Shown in pieces: positions 57,969 through 64,000 of a stretch of DNA of 64,000 nt. Both the position numbers and the translations under genes were made by a program. Numbering within the stretch: position 1 is the stretch's first letter; every line of letters begins with the position of its first letter. This DNA comes from an uncultured delta proteobacterium (GTDB lineage Bacteria > Desulfobacterota > DSM-4660 > Desulfatiglandales > HGW-15): positions 84,241-148,240 of the forward strand of contig CAVPOU010000004.1 in the NCBI GenBank assembly GCA_963707125.1, read 5' to 3'. The notes below the pieces were generated by a model that did no database searches, was not told where the DNA came from, and was given only the letters and a program-made list of their open reading frames with translations.

Positions 57969-59366
57969 TTAGACTTTCACAATGTCATCCGGTTTCCAGG
58001 TTTGATCGAAGAAGGGTTCCAGCGGACCGTACAGACGAATGTAAGTAAACCAGCCCTTGCCGGGAACGGTTTGGATCCAGTTCTTTTCCTTCCCTGCTGG
58101 CGCGCTAGGGCTGAAATAGATATCGTGGGATCCATCTTCGTTCTTTTCAGGTTCATCAAAGCTGTTGATACTTGGCTTGGGTTGATCGGTTTGGAGCAGC
58201 GAGCGCGTACCGGGATCATACAATGTCACAGACCAAAAGTTATTGATGGGGATGTTTGGCGGAAGGTGGAGCTTGTAGGTTTGGCCGCCGTCGAGATAAT
58301 CGCCATTGGCATCGACATAAGCCGCCATATACTGGGATCCGGCTCCGACCATTTTATGCACCATGGCAGGTGTCACACAAATGGCGGTGAAGTGGAACAG
58401 GATTCTGGCATCCAGGTTTCTGGCGCCATTCTTCAAGAACTCATGGCTGCCGCCGACAAAGATATATTCCCAGTTGCGATCCGGGTACACCTTCGTTTCC
58501 GCTTCACGTGACTGATAGGCGATCGCCCGGGCCATCCCCAAACCTGTTTGGGCGCCTTTATCGAGAATCTTTTTCATCCGTTCATCGGGGTTGAACGCTT
58601 TGCCTTTCTCGATGCCCAGCGCTCTCAACAGCCCTAACTGCTCCGATCCAAATGCTTCCGTTGGCTCATATTGGATCACCTTGTCCAGGTTGACAAAATA
58701 CTGGAAATCATTTGGGTGGGTGGTATCTGCCGATAATCCGCTTACGTTGATGATATTGGGCTTTCTCGGCCCATCCTTTAACGGATAAACCGCGCAATTA
58801 TCGCCATACCATTTTATAGCCTGCTCACCCATACCGCTGATTTGTTGGCTGGCACGCGCCATAATCCACACCTTGTAGGTGCGCGACCGACCCACAAAAT
58901 ATCCTTCGGGAACTTCACCTTCATAATCCGGCGGCAGCAGGAGGTACTTCCCCCCCTTTCCTTTATCCGGGCCGACCATGCCGAAATCGACAATGTACCG
59001 GAAATAAGCATCATTGGCCATGCCCAAAACCTGCGGGGGTATCTCAACAACGGTGGGGCCATCCTTCTTGAGGTCAATGATGCAAGAAAAATACACACTC
59101 TCTGTATTTCCTGTCAACATATACGGTGTAGCGTCCAGCAAATCAGCGGCAACAGCAAGGTCAGAACATTCCATACACCCAAATCCTTTCTCCTGCCCCT
59201 CAAGCAATGAATACATCGACATTGCCGGCATGAAATCAAGGTAGGCCTGGCACGCACGTTGAAAATCGAGCGCATCAAACAGCTTTTGAGCGGTCTCTTT
59301 GGTTGGATAACCGCCCAGCATAAATTCAAAATCACCGATCGGTGTAGTTAGTTTTTCCGTGCTCAT
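57969..59366 (-). CDS. DUF1254 + DUF1214 domain protein, intact (lower-GC paralog)
   Basis: AGGAGA lies before ATG 59366. ..GGYPTKETAQKLFDALDFQRACQAYLDFMPAMSM..GPDKGKGGKYLLLPPDYEGEVPEGYF.. and C-terminal ..EDGSHDIYFSPSAPAGKEKNWIQTVPGKGWFTYIRLYGPLEPFFDQTWKPDDIVKV. Confidence 0.85.
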   Translation of the reverse strand: MSTEKLTTPIGDFEFMLGGYPTKETAQKLFDALDFQRACQAYLDFMPAMSMYSLLEGQEKGFGCMECSDLAVAADLLDATPYMLTGNTESVYFSCIIDLKKDGPTVVEIPPQVLGMANDAYFRYIVDFGMVGPDKGKGGKYLLLPPDYEGEVPEGYFVGRSRTYKVWIMARASQQISGMGEQAIKWYGDNCAVYPLKDGPRKPNIINVSGLSADTTHPNDFQYFVNLDKVIQYEPTEAFGSEQLGLLRALGIEKGKAFNPDERMKKILDKGAQTGLGMARAIAYQSREAETKVYPDRNWEYIFVGGSHEFLKNGARNLDARILFHFTAICVTPAMVHKMVGAGSQYMAAYVDANGDYLDGGQTYKLHLPPNIPINNFWSVTLYDPGTRSLLQTDQPKPSINSFDEPEKNEDGSHDIYFSPSAPAGKEKNWIQTVPGKGWFTYIRLYGPLEPFFDQTWKPDDIVKV

Positions 59367-59474
59367 AATATTTTCTCCTGAATAATGGTCCACAACCCGG
59401 TTGAATTTAAACTAAAAGTTAGAAGTAAACTTCTTATGCCATAGACTCGCATCAGTGCCTGGAGGTCCCACCTG

Positions 59475-60953
59475 TCACTTCATCTTCGCTACGTCGCCGG
59501 GTTTCCAGGTCTTCGTGAGAGCCGGTTCGGTCGGCCCGTAGAGCCGCAGAACGGCGAAGTACCCTCTCTCGGGCACCGTGGCGAGCCAGTTCTTCTCCTT
59601 GCCCTCCGGGGCTTTCGGCCCGAGGTAGAGATCGGTGCTGCCGTCGGCGTTCTGGACCGGCAAGTCGCGCGATCCGAGCGACGGGAAGGGCTGGCCGTTG
59701 GCAAGGCCCGAAGCGTTCTCGGCTTCGTACAGCGTCACGGACCAGAAGTTCGCGGCCGGCACGTCCTTCGGCATGTTCAGCTTGTAGTTCGTCCCACCGG
59801 TCAGGGGCACGCCATCGCCGTCGGTGAAGGCGATGACGTAGAACGCTCCCTTGCCGGGAATCTGCGAGAGCATGCCGGGGCTGATCGAGTAGTAGTTCGA
59901 GAAAAACCACGGGCGGCAATCGACATCGAGAGCCCCGCCGCGATCCACTCGCCGCCAACTCAGGTCGAGCTTGCCGCTCGGCTTCTCCGCCGTCGCATCG
60001 GCCATCGGATTGACCCAGCGGCGGTCGGGGTACATCCGGAACGACCGACCGGACACGACCTCATCGAAGGCGATCACGCGGCTCATCTTGTACGCCGACT
60101 TCGCCGCGCGGTCGAGGATGCCCCGCATGCGTTCGTCCGGCTGAAACGGCTCCCCCTTCACGATGCCGAGTCCGGCCAGCATGCCCATCCAGTCCGGGTC
60201 GGCCAGGTGCGGCCCTTCGGCGTCCACCAGCTTCTTCAGTTGGTCGAAGGCCGTCGCGTCGCTGATCGGGAGCATGTTCGCCGGTACGCCCGAAGCATCC
60301 GGGAACTTCATCGGTTTGGCCTCGCCCTTCAGCGGGTAGATCTTCGTCTTCTCGATCAGCTCGACCGGCGGCTTCAGGTCGCTCGCATCGGCATAGAAAG
60401 CCCGGAGAAACACGAACACGTTGTTCGTGCCCGAGCGGCAGACGAAGTAGCCCTCCGGGACTTCGCCCTCGTAGCCCGGCGGCAGGAGCAGGAACTTTCC
60501 GCCCTTCCCCTGATCCGGGCCGAAGAAGCCGAAGTCGCCGGCGTACTTGCCGCCATCGACGGGGATCGGCCGTTGCCAGAAGTCCAACAGGATGCCCTGC
60601 AACATGGGCGGGGCGTCGAACACGAGCGGGCCGTCCTTGCCGAGATCGACGTAGCTCATCGCATAGATCACGTCCGAGTTCGGCGTGGTCACGAGCGTCC
60701 TGGCGTCGAGGCGCTTCTTCCACACCGGCAAGACGTTGTGCCCCTCGCCGAACGTCTTCTCGGAGCCGACCTTCATGCCGAGCGTATTGATGAGCGGCAA
60801 CGCCCAGAGGTACGTTTGCGTGGCGCGGTGGTAAAGCATTTCATCGCGTAGCGTCTGCGCCGTATCCGCCGTGGCTCGGTTTTCCACGAAAGGAAGGTTG
60901 GCGATCTGCTCTTGATGCTGAATGGCTGGCGACGTGTTAAGCTTTATGGACAT
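59475..60953 (-). CDS. DUF1254 + DUF1214 domain protein, intact (high-GC paralog)
   Basis: GAGGAG lies before ATG 60953 (MSIKLNT..). ..GPDQGKGGKFLLLPPGYEGEVPEGYF..ADGSTDLYLGPKAPEGKEKNWLATVPERGYFAVLRLYGPTEPALTKTWKPGDVAKMK. The 685-aa ORF in the track is an upstream read-through of this frame. Confidence 0.85.
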   Translation of the reverse strand: MSIKLNTSPAIQHQEQIANLPFVENRATADTAQTLRDEMLYHRATQTYLWALPLINTLGMKVGSEKTFGEGHNVLPVWKKRLDARTLVTTPNSDVIYAMSYVDLGKDGPLVFDAPPMLQGILLDFWQRPIPVDGGKYAGDFGFFGPDQGKGGKFLLLPPGYEGEVPEGYFVCRSGTNNVFVFLRAFYADASDLKPPVELIEKTKIYPLKGEAKPMKFPDASGVPANMLPISDATAFDQLKKLVDAEGPHLADPDWMGMLAGLGIVKGEPFQPDERMRGILDRAAKSAYKMSRVIAFDEVVSGRSFRMYPDRRWVNPMADATAEKPSGKLDLSWRRVDRGGALDVDCRPWFFSNYYSISPGMLSQIPGKGAFYVIAFTDGDGVPLTGGTNYKLNMPKDVPAANFWSVTLYEAENASGLANGQPFPSLGSRDLPVQNADGSTDLYLGPKAPEGKEKNWLATVPERGYFAVLRLYGPTEPALTKTWKPGDVAKMK

Positions 60954-61045
60954 GATTGACTCCTCTTGGGTTAAAGATATGGATCGAACGCAAGCACGCT
61001 CTCCGGAAGCGAGTTTTGCATCGCTGCCGGAGAGCGGCGAACAAG

Positions 61046-62451
61046 TCACTTGACGCGAACGAGATCCGGCAGTCCCCAGCTGCGATCGAAGTAGGTTTCG
61101 GTCGGCGCATAGAGGCGGAAGTAAGCGAACCAGCCACGACCGGGGGCCGTCGGAATCCAGTTCTTCTCCTTGCCCTTCGGTGCCTCTGGGCCGATGTACA
61201 AGTCCACGGAACCGTCGGCGTTCTTGATCAGGTCTTTCCGGGAATCCAGCCCGGCGATGTCGTGCTTCGTCTCGATGAAGCTGCGGGTCTCCGTGTCGTA
61301 AAGCGTCAGCGCCCAGAATTGCTTGGCGGGGGCATTCGGCGGAACGCGGAGCGTATAGTTGTTGCCGCCCTGCAGCCATTGCCCGTCCTTGTCTTTCTGG
61401 ATGCCGATGTAGACCTGTCCTAGTCCGGGAGTTTTGCTTGTCATCCCGGCGGAGAGGGTCATGGCCTCGTAGAACCAGGCCGTCGCGCTCATCGAGAGCG
61501 GTGTGGTACTTGGTCTCCTGGTCGGCATCCAACAGGATGGCGTTCTTCCAGTGGGTATCGGGCCACAGACTTGGCTTCCTTCTGGCGCTTGGCGTAACTG
61601 TGCGCCCGCGCCATCGACTCGCCTACCACCGCCGCTTGTTCCAGAATCTTCTTCTGCCGCGCGTCCGGCTCGAACTTCTTGCCCTTTTCGATGCCTAGCG
61701 GCTTGAGCATGGCCACCATCATGCGGTCGCGGTCGTGGACGGGTTCCTCATTGAGCATCTTGGAGACGAGCTGCCAGAACTCGAGCCCGGTTCCCGGCCA
61801 AGCGTACCACTTCTTCCCTTCTGCGGGAATGATCCGCGTCTTGCGTGGGTTGTCTCGTTTGGCATAGGGATAGGCTTGATAACTGCTCTTGAGCACTTCC
61901 GCTTGTTTCGGGTCCGTGGTCAGCACGCGAAACCCATGCAAGATGTTGTTTGCGGGAGATTCGAAGACGCGGTAGCCCTCGACGCCTTTGGGGGCTTTCT
62001 GGCCGGGCGGCACCACCAGGTACTTGCCACCTTCGCCCTTGTCGGGCCCACTCAGGCCCATGTCGGTGATCGGGCGCTGCCACAAGTCGAGGAGGCCGCC
62101 GGCAGTCAGACCTTTCGGATACTGAATCACCAGCGGGCCGGTTCGTTCCAGGTTCACGAAGCCAACCAGGTACGTCGTGGTGTCGTTCGGTGTGAGGATC
62201 CCCAACTTGTCGCGAAAACTCACAAATTGCACGAGATCGCCATCCTCCTGGCCGAACACAGTCTCGTACTGCTCCTGCCATTTCGCGAAAGAGACGATCG
62301 GAATCGCCCACAGGTAGGCTTGCGTGGCTCGCTGGAAATCCATCTCTTCATACAGCTTATCGACGGTTTCGTTGGATGGATACCCACCCTCGAACCTCAG
62401 CTGGCCAATGCGGGTTTCCATGCCACCGGTGGTGGGGAGCTTCGTTTTCAT
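61046..62451 (-). pseudogene. DUF1254 + DUF1214 domain protein with two frameshifts (near 61565-61570 and 61481-61487)
   Basis: GAGGAGG lies before ATG 62451. ORF 61489..62466 (..GGYPSNETVDKLYEEMDFQRATQAYLWAIP..GPDKGEGGKYLVVPPGQ..) passes to a short middle frame (WPDTHWKNAILLDADQETKYHTALDER), then to ORF 61046..61528 (ATAWFYEAMTL..ADGSVDLYIGPEAPKGKEKNWIPTAPGRGWFAYFRLYAPTETYFDRSWGLPDLVRVK). Confidence 0.75.
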
Positions 62452-62560
62452 GTTGTACCTCCTCATCTTGAATGGGTTAGATGATCATAGTTTGCAGGCT
62501 TCACCTTCATGACAGGAGCATCCTAATGCCTTCGCCTATCCAACATCACCCTTCCACGAG

Positions 62561-64000
62561 TTACCTCGACTCGGGCCGGAAGATGGCATTCCAGTCCCGC
62601 TTCATGTCCACAACGAGCCAGCCGCGCTTGGGGGCCTCCTTGAGGGCTTCGACAAGCTTGCCGGTGCTCTTCGTCTTGGCGTCATAGGCATATTCGCGTT
62701 CACTGTCGGTATGGTGGACGATGAGGCCGAAACTGGGGCGCGGGTTGTTGATCGTGGTGTACTGCAACATCGCGTGGTCGCCGTCACTGTTCCCACAACA
62801 TATCGCAGGTCGCCGGCCGATAAACTGATGAATGCCGACTGGCTTGCCCTCCTTGTCGTTGACGAACAAATAGTCGAGTGTTTTTGTCAGCACCGGTCCG
62901 CTGTCGCGTAGCTCGAATTTTGTCCGTGCTGTCGATCCGACAACCTGCTCCGGTGGTATGCCGTAAACGCGCTCAACCCAGACGCGCATGAAGTCCGCGC
63001 CGCCACCGGAAACGATGAAGTTCTTGAAGCCATTTGCCCGCAGATGGCGCAGAAGTTCCTGCATGGGTTGGTAGGTGAGTTCGTCATAGGGCCTGCCATA
63101 TCGCGGATGTTTGGCCGATGTGAACCATGCCTCCACGGCGTCGCGAAACTCGTCGATCGTCATCCCTGCATGGGTGAGTCCCAAGACCTGCATCAGGCCA
63201 TCGAAGTGTTCGCCTTCCAGGAGTTTTGCAAGTTCGCCGGCCAAAGCGGCTTGCACCATGGGGTCCGAAGCGAGCTTGGGCTCATTGAGGATGTGTCGGT
63301 TCAGTTCGTCGATGGCAAAGGCTGCCTGAAACGGCATCGGATTCTCCGGCCAGAGAGTGCCGTCGTTGTCGTACACGGCAATGCGTTCTGCCGGTGGCAG
63401 GAAGTCGGGTGATCCTTCCTTTGTCACCTTGGCGATGAACGCGAGGATCCCCTGTTTGGCGGGGCCATCGTTCCAGGAAGGCAGCGGATCAGCACGGTGA
63501 AGGTCATAGAGCTTCCTTTGTGCGACACCATAATCCCCCAGCTGGTAGAGGCTCACGGATACGGCCCGGACGGTGAAGGCCTCGAATGGCTCCGCTTTCA
63601 GAGCGTCCACAAAGTCACGGGTCCCTATACCGGCGGTCAGATGAGGGTGGTAGTTCATGCCGGTGCGGGGTCCGACGAAGTTGTTCACGTAGTCCACGGT
63701 CGGCTGGCTGATCGCCCCGCCGTCGGGGCGGGGCGCAAAGGCCTCGCCGGTCCCCTTCTCCACCGCGAACGGGGCGACGGCGTCGATGATCCGTTGCTGA
63801 AGTCGGCGCATATCCTCGGTCGGCTCGATGACGATGCCCACCAACCGGAGATCCTTTCGGCCAGGGCATAGTAGCCGGTCGCACTGGCATTCCCAATTCA
63901 TCGACTGCTCTGTACGCAGCACTGCGGTCACAGCATTCGCGACCTCGTCGAGGTCCGCCGTCCGCACAAACCGCTGGAGCAGGGTGATGTGCGGCGCGTG
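62561..64000 (-). CDS. 2H phosphoesterase + HAD fusion, copy 2 (runs off the window end; contains a 14-codon out-of-frame patch)
   Basis: Collinear and ~95% identical by eye to 48043-49602. NWECQCDRLLCPGRKDLRLV replaces NWECHAIGYYALAEKDLRLV because of two compensating 1-nt indels (~63855 and ~63884). Confidence 0.75.
   Translation of the reverse strand, partial: HAPHITLLQRFVRTADLDEVANAVTAVLRTEQSMNWECQCDRLLCPGRKDLRLVGIVIEPTEDMRRLQQRIIDAVAPFAVEKGTGEAFAPRPDGGAISQPTVDYVNNFVGPRTGMNYHPHLTAGIGTRDFVDALKAEPFEAFTVRAVSVSLYQLGDYGVAQRKLYDLHRADPLPSWNDGPAKQGILAFIAKVTKEGSPDFLPPAERIAVYDNDGTLWPENPMPFQAAFAIDELNRHILNEPKLASDPMVQAALAGELAKLLEGEHFDGLMQVLGLTHAGMTIDEFRDAVEAWFTSAKHPRYGRPYDELTYQPMQELLRHLRANGFKNFIVSGGGADFMRVWVERVYGIPPEQVVGSTARTKFELRDSGPVLTKTLDYLFVNDKEGKPVGIHQFIGRRPAICCGNSDGDHAMLQYTTINNPRPSFGLIVHHTDSEREYAYDAKTKSTGKLVEALKEAPKRGWLVVDMKRDWNAIFRPESR

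Overview
All calls below come from reading the sequence and the ORF track by eye. No searches, folds or statistics were run, and GC values are eyeball estimates.

The window has two compositionally different halves.

**Part A (1 to about 21.8 kb, GC around 50%).** This is ordinary, intact chromosome of a Deltaproteobacteria-like (possibly Syntrophales-like) anaerobe; the taxonomy is a low-confidence inference. It carries:
- groES-groEL, RNase HI, tRNA-Phe and a DNA-alkylation repair gene
- a GalE-like epimerase and a PAS-GAF histidine kinase
- a SPOR protein and a large secreted DUF2341/LamG protein
- a radical SAM/SPASM gene divergent from an ABC exporter
- several families of small structured repeats

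Two Part A genes stand out. One is a DUF1573 protein whose conserved Cys codon is an in-frame TGA followed by a hairpin, making it a candidate selenoprotein. The other is a single ORF fusing a CysK-like cysteine synthase to a CysRS-like domain with degenerate HIGH and KMSKS motifs.

**Part B (about 21.8 to 64 kb, GC around 65% but mosaic).** It begins exactly at a tRNA-Ser-like 3' fragment and a gene-poor stretch of debris. It carries:
- an amino-acid/peptide catabolism cluster (glutaminase, asparaginase, AbgT, M20 peptidase, ThrE, MFS)
- an RND tripartite efflux operon
- sulfatase and anaerobic sulfatase maturase genes
- an SLC13 permease
- an array of DUF1254/DUF1214 paralogs linked to a duplicated 2H-phosphoesterase::HAD fusion
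- nested miniature mobile elements, including a low-GC two-module toxin-antitoxin cassette bracketed by direct repeats of a Y1-transposase-derived element

At least ten Part B genes are frame-disrupted, while every Part A gene is continuous apart from that in-frame TGA. Part B is therefore a decaying acquired island, a chimeric join, or an error-prone assembly region. No CRISPR array, rRNA or integrase was seen.
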